Positions 24,635-39,800 of a stretch of DNA of 64,000 nucleotides are shown piece after piece. The notes below the pieces were generated by a model. The model had not been told where the DNA came from. It was given only the letters and a program-made list of their open reading frames with translations, and made no database searches. The stretch is from Octopus sinensis. Its lineage: Eukaryota. Where the stretch lies: positions 1,550,001 to 1,614,000 of the forward strand of contig NC_043001.1 in NCBI RefSeq assembly GCF_006345805.1, written 5' to 3'. The stretch's first letter is position 1. Each line of letters opens with the position of its first letter. The position numbers and the translations under genes were made by a program.

Positions 24635-25779
24635 GAAGAAGAAGAAGAAGAAGAAGCTCTTTTGTTAGCCATAGGGGCATAGATAATGTGGATATCACAA
24701 AGATAGTCAACAATTTGTGCCTGAGTTTGGCCATCAGGTTGAGGCATGAGATGACATTGCAATGAAAGTTTTAAGGAAGTCAATGAGTGAAGAGAGGAAA
24801 AATAACCAAGCGAAAGTGTACACAGTCTGCAAATTGTACTCAATATATTGTATTGCAGGTAACAGTCTGGACACCCTACAATTATATACATGCCATCTTT
24901 GCCCATAGCTTTGCGTTCAACCAAGTCTCAGGAGTAAAAATTATTTGGTGACTGTGTGGAAGCCTGTTTGATGGACTCAAATTTACAATTAAAAGTCCCG
25001 GTGTTTGTTGACCCCTCAGCTACATTCATACCAAAATCCGATGGGGGGTAGTTCAGTAGGTCAACAACTGGATGCTCTTCACCAAAAGTCCCAAGAACAG
25101 GATCATCATCTATAGCCAAGCATGGAACTCCACAGATCTTGTAGTAGAGTCAGTACTAATTGTAATCTCCAGTTTACAGGTGCATGCTGGGGGTAGGACC
25201 CTTCAGTCAAACTATGATTGCTTCTTTCACCCAGCTCTCAGCAGGTTTATTGGAGGGCAACAGATCACTCTCCACTCTTGCTTTCATCTTCAAGTGGAAT
25301 ATGAAAAATTAATGAGGATTTCAGCATCAAGGAAAGTGACTGCTTAGGGAATAAACTGATCAACAAAATTCAATTCAAAACACAAGTGGTTCTCATAGTG
25401 TGACAGAAAAATCTCCCATATTTTACACACCCATTAACGTGGTGCTAGTGAAGTTAGGCAGGTGATAACGGTGTCTTAATATAGCTAATGTTTCATCCAT
25501 ATTTTTATTATTTTTTGTTACCAAAATAGTTTGGACTGGTGAATATTGTGGATTTGCTATCAAAACGTTCATCAAGAACAAGAATCTGGGAGCTTTTCTC
25601 CTTTCTCTTTTCACCACATTTGAAAGTCAATCTAAATATAAACTAAACCTTGAATCTAGAAATAATCTCTTGAACAGTTTTTTTGGTTCAGATTCTCTCA
25701 GGAGTGAAGAATGGCCTTTCTAAACACCACTCCAGTTTCTTTATCATTCATTTACCAAAAACCCAAATGACAATGCCGC

Positions 25780-26015
25780 TTCCCCCCTCTCTTCTTCACT
25801 TCCCCCTCTCTTCCTTACTTTACCCTTCTCTTCCTCACTTTCCTCGTCTCTTCCTCACCTCTCCACTCTCTTTCTCACTTTCCTCCTCTCTTCCTCATTT
25901 CTCTCCCTCTCTTCCTCATTTCCTTCCACTCTTCCTCACTTCTCCCCTCTCTTCCTCACTTCTCCCCTCTCTTCCTCACTTTCCTCCTCTCTTCCTCACC
26001 GTCTTCACTCTCAGC
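25780..26015 (+). repeat. Homopyrimidine tandem repeat, about 20-bp period (ctcttcctcacttctccc-like)
   Basis: Direct reading; almost purely C/T for about 230 bp. Confidence 0.9.
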
Positions 26016-27382
26016 TAAAGAGAAAAAGTCCAACCAGATGGATTCTTCCTTCCCCACAGCTATTGAACTGATAGAATCTCTTATCAATTCTTCCTATTGA
26101 TCAATAATTTATTGGTACAAAGCACCATCAATTTCCTTGGATTACTGATTTTACTTTGAAATCGTTCATGAGACAATAACTCAGATGGTTGTGTATTTAA
26201 GAAGTTTGTTTTACAAACGTGGTGTCAAGTTCAATCCTACTGTGTGGCACCTTGGATAAATATTTTCTACCATGATCTTGGTGATGCCAATACTTTCAGA
26301 GTGGAATTTGGGTGACTTGAACTGAATGACTCCTTCTGTGTGTTTGTATCCATGTGTTTTCAGACTGGTACCATTTTGACAGCACCAATATTATCCATGG
26401 CAGGCAGATGTTCAACAAGTGAAGATATGAAATAAATTATGTTATTTGAAAATGAAGAATGGCATCAGATAGACCAATGGCTGGCAACACTAAACACAAG
26501 AGTCAGCATCAGTAAAAGAAATGACCTCTGAGAATGTCCTTGAGAAAAGTTATGTCCTTACCAAGGAATTTTCATGATAGAATACCAAGTTGGCATATCT
26601 GTCGAGTATATTTCAAAAGATACCATCTTGTTGGTTAAATACAAGTAAGCTTGTCACACCTAACTGGCAACTAGAACAAGTACCCCAAAGCACCCTCATA
26701 CTTCTCCAACACCCTTAGTTCTACTAATCGATCACCCTGAATTTCTGATTTATTTTATTGTCTCCAGAAGAATAGAAAGCAAAGATTACTTCATCAAATT
26801 TTCACTTCAGACTCAAATAGTTGACCAAAGTGTCTTCGATAATCATTCAATAGTGATGAACCAAAAAGAGAGCCTCTATGATTGTGGTCACTTGGCAGGA
26901 TTAAGAGTGGCCTTATCTCGCTCAGATTATATTTTATGATTTTAAAAATATTGGAAGAACATATTTAATACTACAATCCTAGATAGCTTTACAAAGTTAG
27001 GATGGTCATGACTGGAAAACCTTTGATCAGGATTGCGCTTGGAGCTAAATTGTAATGACTCATTAAAAACATTGATACTTACAATAATAATAATAATTGT
27101 TAAGCTGAGCACAGGGTTCATTATGGGCAAAATACTGCAATTTATTACTGAAATACTGAATTCAGGATGTAAAGATGTCCAATCCTGGAGCAAATATCAC
27201 AAAGCATTTTGTCCAGTGTTCAAACGAGTCTACATTAGATTAAGTCTTCTACCCTAATTTAGGTATAATTCACTTTTAGAAAGCTTCAAGATTCAACTGG
27301 TCAACAAACCATTTCATCATTGTTTTCAACTGTTTCTAAATGAGAAGTTTCAATCAGAATGCACTAAGATATGTATATATAC

Positions 27383-27414
<32 letters not shown>

Positions 27415-27700
27415 CAATCATCATTTAATGTCTGTTGTCCATGCTGGCATGGGTTGGACAGTTTGACCAGTGTTGGTAAGCTGGAAAGCTGCACCAGACT
27501 CCAGTCTGATCAGCATGGTTTTCTATGGCTGTATGTCCTTCCTAATGCCAACCATTCCAAGAGTGTAATGGGTGCTTTTACGTGCCATTTGTGTGATGTC
27601 GGTATCTGTCCTGACTGATATTGCTCGGCTTGATGGGTCTTCTTATTAAGCATGATATAATGTCAAAGGTCTTAGTCATTGCCTCTGTGAGGCCCAACAC
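27415..27700 (-). mobile_element. RTE 3' end (ORF terminus LGLTEAMT plus 3'UTR)
   Basis: Homologous to 6660-6999. Confidence 0.8.
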
Positions 27701-28769
27701 ACACACATACGTGTGTGTGTGTATAATTATGCATGTATGCACACACATTAAAGCACAATATGTGGTTACATATGCACTGACACAGGACAAAATAAACCCT
27801 TTGTGAAAGAATGTAAATAACAGAAGTTTAGAACAGATAACACAAGTTAGGCTGAAGGAGACAAACATTCACAGAATACTATTAAAGGTCTGATGGTTAA
27901 CTGTGTGTCTGTGTAATCATATAAGCTAAATTAAGATTAAGCACTCAGACATTGTCATTGGAGATGATGAGTTAAAAAGAAAATCTCTTTATCAACATGT
28001 CAACCAATCGTTAATCGTTAATCAACATGTCAATCAATCATTGATCAGAATGTTAACCTGAAGAATTTAATAATCTTTCAGAATATAAAGTTTTAGAGAT
28101 AAAAATAGTGTGTGGAATAAAAAGTAAAAGATTTCAAGGTAGTTTTGATTAAATTTGAGGAAAATAGAGAGTTTGCAGAGTCATATGTTTACGTATGAAG
28201 TAGCTGAATCTGATTTCATTGGGTTCTCTATGCTTTTTAAAGTAGGGCCCTCACCTTAGAATTGAATATATATATAAATACAACTGTATGTTAGACTCCT
28301 GTAGTTGTTCCTAATACTATGAATAATGATTTCATCATCATCATCGTCACAATAATTTAATGTCTGTTTTCATGCTGGCATGGGTTGGACAGTTTGATAG
28401 GAGTTGGTAAGCTGGAGGGCTGCACCAAGCTCAATTTGTCTGTAATCGCATAGTTTCTACAGCTGGACATCTTTTCTCATGTCAACCACTTTACAAAGCG
28501 TAATGGGCGTTTACCACAGGGGCTTCTTATGTGGCACAGACACAGGTACTTTTCATATAGCACTGGCACGTTTTATGTGGTATTCTAATAATTCAAAAGG
28601 TGGGCCTCTATGCATGCAGTCACTCAGTGTTAGAAATAGCATCCCGATTTCCTCCAAATTATATTTTACCATCTTAAAAATAGGGAGACATATCAATTTA
28701 TTCCAATGTACCTTTACAAAGGAAGGATGGACTTGACTGGAATACTTTTGATCATAAGTCTGTACTCTT

Positions 28770-29167
28770 TACTCTCTCCTTTACTCTTTTACTTGTTTCA
28801 GTTATTTGACTGTGGCCATACTGGAGTACAGCCTTTAGTCGAGCAAATCGACCCCAGAGCTTATGCTTTGTAAGCCTAGTACTTATTCTATCGGTCTCTT
28901 AGCTGAACTGCTAAGTTACGGGGATGTAAACACACCAGCATCACTTGTCAAGTGACGTTTGGGGGGAGGGACAAACACAGACACACAAATATACACACAC
29001 TCATATACATATACGATGGCTTTCTTCCGGTTTCCATCTAACATTCACAAGGCTTTGGTCGGCCTTAGACTATAGTAGAAGACACTTGTCCAAGGTGCCT
29101 CGCAGTGGGACTGGACCAGCACCATGTGGTTGATAAGCAAGCTACTTACCACACAGCCACTCCTGTG
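28770..29167 (-). mobile_element. tRNA-derived SINE family A, full length
   Basis: Reverse-complement match to 59637-60057 from head to (TTTAC)n-type tail. Confidence 0.9.
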
Positions 29168-31218
29168 CCCACAATTAGAATTCTACAATACTTTGTGTCT
29201 ATTGCACCGATTCTTATAAATGATCAGGGAGTAGCTGCAGTTTTCTTCTGTTTGATGACTGACAGCAGGGATTGGAAAAAAAAAGACACTTTAATGTTTG
29301 ATGAAACCTTTAAAGGTCTTTTCATGTTCCAATCGAAGTGGAAAGTGTAAACTTTCAGTAAGTTTATTCAAAGATAGCTGAGAGTAAATATACCAAGCTC
29401 AGCATATACTTCTATGCCAGAGAGTAACAGAGGACAATTGCTCTTGGTAATCAGAGTATTTCAAGATCTACTGGCCTTAAGTGATGGTTCCCTTTCATGC
29501 TTTGATCACATAATGTTCCACTCTCTGTTACATTTGTGGTAATAGTAAAATCAATAAATAATTAGAAGAATGGTAAGCAAAATGTTTTATGGAAGCTGTC
29601 CATCTCTGCTCTGTGTTCAAATTCCACCAAGGTTAAGTGTGTCTATCATCTTTCAGGGTTGATTAATTAAAATATAAACGAAGTAGTGGGGAGGTGGGTG
29701 TTAAATTTAATTGATTGTTCTCTTTCCTCAAAAATTTTATTTGCTTTGTGTATAAATTGGAAACAATTATTATTATTGTTGGATAAAATATTTAGTCAGA
29801 ACTCTTTGCTTTGTCCGTACAAAACCTGCTGGGGTTGATTGGGGTCGATAAAATAAAGTATCTGTTAAATACTGAAAGAGATACAATGGACAAAATCCCT
29901 CCCCCTAAAATTACAGGTTTTGTGACAAAATTTGTAAGTGGCAACTTGACAGAATCTTTAGTCTATTGTTAGAAGGCTGAGAAGTATTTCTCCTATGTTC
30001 TGAGTTCAAATCTCACTAAGGTCGACTTTTGTCTCTTTTGGGGTTAATAAATAAAGTACCAGCCAATTACTGGGGGCAATGTAATTGAATTTCCTTCCCT
30101 CCCCTCAAAATTTCTGGCCTTCTGCTAAATTAAAAAAAATAATTGTATGTTGTTTATCCTTTAATTCACTTTCAGTATTTTTACAGAATTAATACCAATG
30201 GGAACATCATAAACATCACAACATCATGTTTTAGTTTCAGTATTTGCATGAAGTTATCTTTCCTACACAACTACAAATATAAGGAGAAGTGGTGGCTGAT
30301 ATTCTCCTCAAAGATATTGACATATGTAGGGGAGTGAGAAAGAGAGAGAGATAGTGTGTGTGTGTGTGGAGAGGAGGAGAGGTGATATGTACTCGGTTCC
30401 AGGATTAAGACGAAGGTGGGCTGAGTACAGTTGGTCTCTTGCTCATTGAGGCTGACTTTAGAATTGCCCTTCTGATAGCGGATATTACTACAATGACAGC
30501 GATTGGACAACGAGGAGAGAAAAGAAAGAAAAGAAAGCAGCAGCAACAAACAGGAAAAAGATCAATAACAACAACAACAACAAGAGTAAAAAAAAATCAA
30601 TAATGGCAATCAGAAGAGCAACAACAATGGCCAGCATGAGGTGGAGGAGGAGGAGGCAAGCAACAATAACATTAATGATAGTAAACTCTATGAAGTGACT
30701 TGATCTGCTAGAAATAGCATCTAAATGATACTTCAAATCATATCTTAATATCTTAGGATGTTTGTAGTTGTGGAGACATCAAAGGTGAATATGAGCAGTG
30801 AAGGTCATGGCTGGAAAACACTTGAACATAAGTTTTTACTTTTCTTTTATGATTGATTTTAGGTATGGGGCTGTGACCATGCTGGAGCACTGCTATTATG
30901 GGATTTAGTTGAGTATATCATGGTTTCTGTCATGCCACTGCACATAAAGTGAATCTATATTTTAGAAAACCCCCCTGCAACAGCTGTATTAGGGGTACTT
31001 TTTTTTTTTTCATTTGAATCCCTTGAAGGGATAAATGGTGAAATTGGATTTGGTGGGATTTGAAACATAGATTATAAATTGTTGTAACTAAAAACTACAG
31101 AACATTCTTTCATCTGATGTTCTACAGAATGGAGAGGAATTGAATGAAGGGAAGACGAAACAAGGGGCTGCTGTGAGTTGTAGGGGTCATGAAAAGAGCA
31201 GGAAGAGAGAGAAAAGGG

Positions 31219-31258
<40 letters not shown>

Positions 31259-34200
31259 ATATCTGTGATTGAGAGGCTGGAACATGTCTGAAGGTAATGT
31301 TTTGGAAGAATGCATCAGAGAAGATCCATATTGCTTTTCTCCAGATAGCCCAGGAATTGAACTTAGCACTCCAAGCTAACATACAATTTGTTGAGTCAGC
31401 AGAGAACCCTGTGTGTATCATTGAAATGGCTAGAAATAACAGTTAAATATCTCTTAAATCATATCTTGTTTTTATAAAAAAGGCCATGTTCAATGATGGT
31501 AAACTTATGCTTGAAGATAAGTCAGGATGGATGGGCATGAGTAGAATGTCTTATATCACATATCTGCTTGATGAGAGCTGACTTCTTGGTTTTTTGAAAA
31601 TTTGGTGTTCTAACTTCTAGACATACAACACAAAGGAAACTCTATGAGGTTATTCAACCTGCTAGAAATGAAATCAAACTTCCTTCAAAGCACAATCAAG
31701 TATGAAGGTGATATTGGACAAGATAGGTCCTACTATACACAAAGGTGGTCATGGGTGGAATACCTTTGATCATAGGTGTGCCCAATCAGAGCTTGCCTGG
31801 TGTTAAACAACAAATGCAACAACACAGTGCCTATAACAAGGTTTGAACTACCAATTTCTTGGTTATCTACTCAATGTATTTATTCAGCCAGACATTAGTG
31901 TTTTCTCTGTATTGTACAGCTCACATTAATTATAGAACTCGTTACTGAAGTATTTTAGAAACTATCAATTTATTATTAAATAATACTAATAACTGATAAA
32001 CAGCAAAACATTTCAACAAAAAGAAATAAAAATAAATAATTTAAATTAGTCACTAAAGGTAATTTCAGTGAAAATTATAAATTTTTGGTAAATATTTACG
32101 GCAAAAGAGATGAATTCTTCTATCGATGAAAGATTGGAAGCAGGTTTTTAAATTAAAAAAATTTTAAATAGCATGTATAACTAATGAAATAATTTAATTA
32201 AATGAGAATGAAAAGAAATTTCATTAAAATAATTTTAGAAGTGATCTGTCAAATAAAACAAAATAAAGGGAAGATTTTTCTCTAACAGAATGTAAATGTA
32301 TTTATATACAATAAAAGCAGGTAGGTGGGTAGAGTAGATAGTGGGGTGGGGGTGGCAGAGAGGCAGGTTCATTAACTGATATAAATCTACTACAAATATC
32401 AGTCACAAATGAATATGAGAGGGTAGCAGGTACCTGCGTTTTGAGTAGGGATGTAGTTGTGAGCTGACACAAATACCCTCCTGCTCATCCCTACCCTCTG
32501 TCTACCTTTGACCCCAGCTGAATATTGAGGATGTGACAGGTGGAAGGAGAAAGGGCTAGACAGTGGTTGACCAAGGGAAAAGGAGCTGTGTGAAATGAAG
32601 AGTCTTGCTCAAGGACACAATAAGCCGCCTGGCCCAGAAATCGAACACACGTCCTCACGGCTGAGAGCCCAGCATTAATCACTTGGCCTTGTGTCTTCCC
32701 AATTAATTGAAAGACAGAGACATAGAAGTAAAGACACACAGATAAAGAGAGAGAGAGGCAAAGATATACAATGATGCCAATATAGACATTTAAAGATAGA
32801 TAAGAGAGAGAAAGAGAGACATACATACATACGTATGAGTTAGAGAGAAAGAGAGATAATGAGGAGAGAGAGAGAGATTGTGTGCGAGAGATTGGACACA
32901 GGCAATTAGTATAAGGGCAGAGGGTAATCAATGGAAGTAGTAAATGAAAAAGTAAACAAACAACAAAAGAAAAGAAAACATTTCACCAACAGATAATGTG
33001 ATAAAGAGAACGTTTTTTTTTTAATTCTTTGTTTCTTTTTTTATCTTTCTTCTCCATTTTCACTAATTAGGAAGAAATGTACAGTCCAAAATAAACTTAC
33101 AGTAAATGGTTTTAAACTATTTATTTTAAAGAATTTGTAGAACAATGTCTGTAGATGTTATTATTAGCATTATTACACCAATAAAGATTGGATCTTTGGA
33201 GTAGCATTCTTGGTAATATTAAAGTCAATTAATTTCTGTCCAGTCTGTTGTAACCATCTTCAGGCCTCACTGGCTAAGAATGGCTTTAGTTTTTTGACCT
33301 TTTCTGACATGGGTTGCAAGGTTTGACAGAACCCAACAGGTCCAAGCATCAGGTTTCATTTATTTGCTGTGGCATAGATTCTATGGCTGGTCTCTCTTCA
33401 TAAAGCCAACCACATTACACTGTGTACTACGTGTGCTTTTCATGCACCCGTCACTTGTGAGGTAAGCATACTATGGACCTTGAGAGAGGAGGCTTTATGC
33501 TAGGAGATGAGGGGTTTAAGTTTGAGAGAAGGGATCAAAGCAAAAGGAATTTTTTGCTGGAGAGGGTGGAACAAGGAAGAAGAGATAAAATAGTAGAGAT
33601 GAAATGTTTATGCAGACCCTCAAAGTATGAGGGGAATAGAAGTGAAGGGGTGAGAGGAGTAGAACTAGATGTTTGATTGGGGAGAAGTTGTAAGAATGTA
33701 TGGGAGGGTGAGAGTTGCGGAAAGAGTGAGAAATAACTTTGAAATTTGTGTAGAAGGTGATCTTAAAAAACAATATGTAATTGAGGTTAATAAAAGCTGG
33801 GGTGGAGAAGAAATATTCTGTGCATTGTGTGGGAGTTTAGGAAGAAGGGGCAGGATGTTTTGATATTTTATCTGGGACAACATGGATTTGACACAAAATC
33901 TGAAGGTTCAGCATTTTGCCTATACATATCTAAGAGTACAAACGACATTATGTGACCTTCATGTTATAGTCTAGCCCAGTGTCTCCCAGCTCATGGGTTA
34001 TGGTATAATTGAAAGGGCCTCAAAGACAAAATTTTGTAACTTCTGTAATATTTAATAACTTGTAAAATGCTACTGGATATGTTATATGATAAGTCATGGG
34101 ATGCGAGAAATGATGATAATGACAATGATGATGATAACGATGATGATGATGATGACGATGATGACTGCAATGATAGTGATGCTTCTGATGATATTGATAA

Positions 34201-36412
34201 GGACTACAGCACAACATTTACCTCCAAAAAGCATCAAATATTAATTTTATTAAAATTTTAAGAAACTAGCATCCTGGAGACAAAGTTATTAAGGGTTAGA
34301 ATGTGATTGTGTAGAATTCTAAAGACTAAAAGCAATGCAAAAAAAAAAAAAATTTTATGTGAAATGTTTTCTATCAGGGATTGAAACCTGCTTGTTGTTT
34401 CAAAAAGCTATTAGCTCAGCTGTGTGTCTATTGTGCAATACAACAACATTTAGAACTAACTTGATGTTACTAAAACACCCCTGCAGCTATGATTAGGATG
34501 ATGATCATCATCAATTCATGTCTGTTTTCCATGCTGGCATGGGTTGGACGGTTATTGAATTGCTATAAATTGAGTGTTTTTCATATAACTACACTCAAAA
34601 ATTATTGTTGTCTAGAGCCAGGCCATCACTAGTCGAGTAGACATTGAATCTAAATCTTTTCATCTGTGACCATCCCATCTTTTATTTATTTATCTGTTTA
34701 ACTTATTATTTTACAGATTCTCTCTTTGAATATGTTGTACAAGACTCATTATTACTTTTGCATGTTGTGATCTGAGGTAGATTTCACTGCTATTTCTACC
34801 AGGGTCTAATGCCTATGTAGAGGCACAGTCTTACATTATTGGTAACGCTTACTGAAAAGCAAAGGGGCACAAGCTCCCTGGCCCCACCTGCCTTGCCCCC
34901 ACACTGATTTTCTCTTCCCGCATCTCACTATCCTTTCTTCCAATGTTATTTAAAGGCTGACAATGTCTCGCTTTCCATCAGGGTCAGCTTCTTTTGTGAC
35001 TCCCATTATTATTTAAAGGGCAGAAACATCTCGATTCCTTTCAGTTTTCCCCCTGAAAGTCAGTAATGACTAACTCCCACCCCTACTAACCCTTTTGATG
35101 GACCCTATTTACTCTGATCCTGAAAAGTGACGAGTGCAGCTGTGCCTCCAACAAAACCTGAAATATTTACTCAGCTAAATTTACTTGTGCTTCTAATGCA
35201 ATCCCCTTGTTGGGTGTTCCAGGTTCGAATATCGGACCAGGACTTTTCATAAATGGAACTAATTTTCAGAGACTGGATTAATATTAAACAACTCTTCGTT
35301 TAGAAAACAACAAAAACAAGCCTGTCATCTCATTAAAAAAGCAATCAATATTATGCATCTAATGGGTAGAAGAGTAGTAAAAATAGCCAGATGCTGGTCT
35401 AAACGTTTTAGTATCATATTGCTGTATTGTGAGTTCAAATCCTACAGTGGACAAGAATTTCTTTACATCCGTCTGGCAGCATCATTAAATTAATTACAGA
35501 ACTGGAGCCCAACATAATTAACAATTTCTCATTGGTGGTGGTGGTGGTGTTGCAATTTATCTGTTTATTTAACTGTCTTTCAAAAGTAAACTATTGTGAC
35601 TGAAATAATGATAACGAGGATAATAATAATTATGATGATGGTAGTAATAATAATGATGATGTCAATGTTGGTTGGTCGATTTTCCAGTCATGCTTTACAT
35701 AGTACAGAGAGAGAGAGAAAGAGAGAGATAGAAAGAGAGTTAACATAAAGGGCGAGAAAGAGAGAGCACATGCTAAGCTTGGTGGCAGACAATCAATAAA
35801 GTAAAGCCACACACACCACACACACAGAGTGAGAGAGAAAGAATCAGAGTCACAGCAGGAGGAGAGGGAGCAAATGACAGAGTGGTCATGGTAGGAGTGA
35901 CACACTTGAAAAATTTGTTTTATTTAATTTTATTTGAAGCTAATAAAGATATTTTCTTTAGAAAATTTGTATTTATGTCATCATTTTTCTATAATTTGAT
36001 AAAAATAAAGTAATAATTATTGTGTGGATGCTGTATTTCTTGATATTATGCAAGGTGGCAAAAGTATATACTTCTAAGGTTACCTGTCATTTGATGGGCA
36101 ACACTGAAGAACTGATGATGATGATGATGACAACGATGGTGGTGATGATGATTTTTATTTGCCACAAGGGCATCAGATGAAGAAGACATTATAAATCAGG
36201 CAAGAATTTGTGTAGAGAATTTACATAAAATCAGATGAAGAGAAAAATTGAAGGGGTGATGACCCCAAATCCCCTTAGAGATTTGGGATCAACTTTGCCT
36301 TCAATCATAAGGTGAATGGGTGGTCAATAAAATGCTTGTATTAAATACTGGAATTAATTTAATCTATTGTGTCACTCCAGCAAAGACAGAGATACAGGAA
36401 TGGGTAAAAGTA

Positions 36413-36800
<388 letters not shown>

Positions 36801-39800
36801 ATTGACAGGTAGAGTAGTGAAATAGAAAGACAAAAACAGTGGAAGTATTGATGGAGTGGCAGATAGGTAAATAGGTTTACAGAATAGCAAAACATGTAAT
36901 CATATCACTGGGCAGCTAAATCAAAAATTAACGACGTAGAAAAAAAGTTTATGGCTTTTCCATCTTTTGTTTATAATTTTTACAAAATGAAATTTAGTAA
37001 ACAACTCCATTGGTGTTGCAGTAGGAGATGGACCAGCATTCCATCCTGCCACTGGTACCACACTGGATTGAGTTAAGGCTCACTGATAATCCTTTTCAGA
37101 CCCCAACAATGTAAATGGCTAAAGAAGTGAAGCATGGTCTCTTAAACAACCTTGCCACTCATTTAAAGACTGACTTGTGTTTTTGTGAAACTGGAGTGCT
37201 GAGTTAAAGTCCCAGCTTGAATACTTTTGTGTTAAGGGATTAATGTACAAAAAGTATTGCAAATGAGGATGTCTCTATGTGCTTGTGTTGCCTGGGCTTC
37301 AAATTTTTCTGAACTATTTTTACTAAAGGACACATTGGATATAGTAGTAGATCTATAAAAGGACAGGGTGGTCATGAAATGGACTGGATTTCATTTCTGG
37401 GCTGCTCAGTTTCTGCTGACTCTGGGGTTAAACAACTACAACAACAATAATTGCTCGACTTTCCCTTAATTAGAGATAAAACATCAACTTAATTAGAGAT
37501 AAGTCATTACCTTAATTAGAGATAATAATGATTAATTTGACTGATGGATAATGAAAACCATAACAAACTTAAGCTCTCATGGTGTACTGGAAAAGATAAG
37601 AAGATTCTGAGATGCACATGCCTTTCTCAAGGACACTAGTAACATAAATGAGACAAAAACAGGTGAAGTTTGGATTAAAACTTGAGTGAATTCCATTGCT
37701 CAGTTTTAGGTGACCTCCACTCCTCATTCATCGACAGTCTACCTCTACTCCACACTCACCACCACCACAGCAACGACAACAATTTCTGATAAACATAATT
37801 GGAACACCTTAAAGTCCACAAAGAATGAAATATGGGAGACCTACATTTTGATGTGACAAGCCAAGAACATAATGTCTATGTCAAATGAGATACTTAAAAG
37901 CTGGGGTACCATTCTCCCCAGAGGTGTGAGAGCCAGAGACTGGAGATTTCAATTCCTGCAATTGTTTTCTATTAATAAATATGACAAAATACTTCTGGTT
38001 ATTGAAATGTTTTCTGATCCTCGTTGTCCCATGTATCACATGACACTGAACCAGTTATGTCTTTTGAAGTAATATTGACACCTAACAGGAGTGATGATGA
38101 TGATGATGATGATGTTGAAGATGATAATGACGATAATATTGATTATAATGGTAATTATGATGAAGATTAGGATGATGACGATGATGGTGGTGATCTTTCA
38201 TTTTATGGAGAAGTGGATATATTTAGCAATAAAAGTAAAAGTTATTTGAAAATCTTAATTTTAGTTATTCACAGCCAAATGTCCCTTGCACTTTTAAAAA
38301 AACAGCATCAGAGGGTTTGGTCATAAGTGGAGGGCCCGAGGCTGAGCAGGGGTTAAACAACAACAGCATTTGACATCAACCCATTAAGAAAGTTTTTACA
38401 CAGTCACTCTGACTTGCTAGAAATAGCAGCCAAATCTTCTTCAGTTCACTACCTACTGTTTTAAGAAGTGAAGTCTACACTGGACAAGTATACAGTGTTT
38501 ACAGTGTGTATTATGAGAAATTTGATTCTCAACATCAGGACTACTACAGGTGGGTGGCTGCTGGAGGGGGGTAGTGAGGGTAGCATCATAGTTGAGTGTT
38601 AAGAACAAAGAAGATGAAAAGTATTAAGGATGCTAAACGGGAAAAAGTAGGGATCACATTAGATTTGAGATTGCAGAGGAGCAAAGTAACTATAGGGGTA
38701 CACCTCTTAAAAAAAGGAAGATGCAGCCAGATATCTTTAGTCATAAGTCTGATCAGGGCTTACCTGGGGTTAAAAAACAATAACAACAAGAACAATGAAT
38801 ACCAAATTTGACAGTAGAATGTCACATGTTTGTAAAGAAGAGGGTGGAGACAGTCAAAATAGACTCTCTACAACTTGCACAGTACATATTGCACGAATTT
38901 TAGATGTAGACAGGGTCCTGGACAAAAGGCCAAGTGGCATTTCTTCAGAGTCGTTACATTCTGAATTCAAATTCTGCTGATAAATAAATACCAGTCAAGC
39001 ACTGGGGTCAATGTATTCAACTTCCACCCCACCCCTCAGAATATCTGGTCTTGTGCCAAAAAGTGAAATCATCATTGTCATCATCATCATCAACATCATT
39101 GTTGTCATCATCATAAGGGATTGCTCCCTTCTGGTGATTGTAGTGAAAATGGTGAGAGTGAACGGAGTTAAATTTAAGCATGCACCTGGAGGTTGGAGAA
39201 CAATATTTGGAGGAAAGCTCATACCTTTTGTGGTCTGAGTGATCTTGGATGTAAAGGTGTTCCTTGATTGGCCCCAATTATAGCCCCTTTTCTATTATTC
39301 ATGTATTTTGTATTCTATTTTTACTTTCTATTTCCTCTTCTGCTCCGCTCCGCCACTTCTTTTCTTCCTCATATGACTTTATGCAAACACCTACAGATTG
39401 AAACCATTCTTATAATGTTCTCATCATCTAATACCCCCATGTCACAGAAAAGAAATTATTATGATTATTATTATTATTATTATGATTATTATGATTATTA
39501 TGATTATGATTTTTATTATTTTTATTGAGGCACTGGTTTGGCTGAATCGTCAGAGCATCAGACAAAATGCCTGACTGTATAGGTTCTGGTTCTTTACATT
39601 CTGAGTTCAAATCTTGCTCCAGTCAGCCTTGCCTTTTATTAATTAAACCCTTCCCCTCAAAATTGCGGACCTATTATTACTACTATTTCATATATGCAGA
39701 ACAAATTAGACTCTTGGAAATTATTATTATTATCATCATAGATTATCATTTAATGTAAGTATTCATCTAGGGTGTCGGAATGTTGAATTGCTTTGCCTTG

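Noticed and set aside
25423-25617. piggyBac-like transposase fragment (TILVTKNNKNM)
   Set aside because: Resemblance is limited to a few residues; no catalytic motif, no TTAA or TIR seen.
39225-39390. Minus-strand exon with a good acceptor and an AAG|GTATGA donor
   Set aside because: All three frames hit stops between the sites; only a terminal or UTR reading remains, with no supporting homology.
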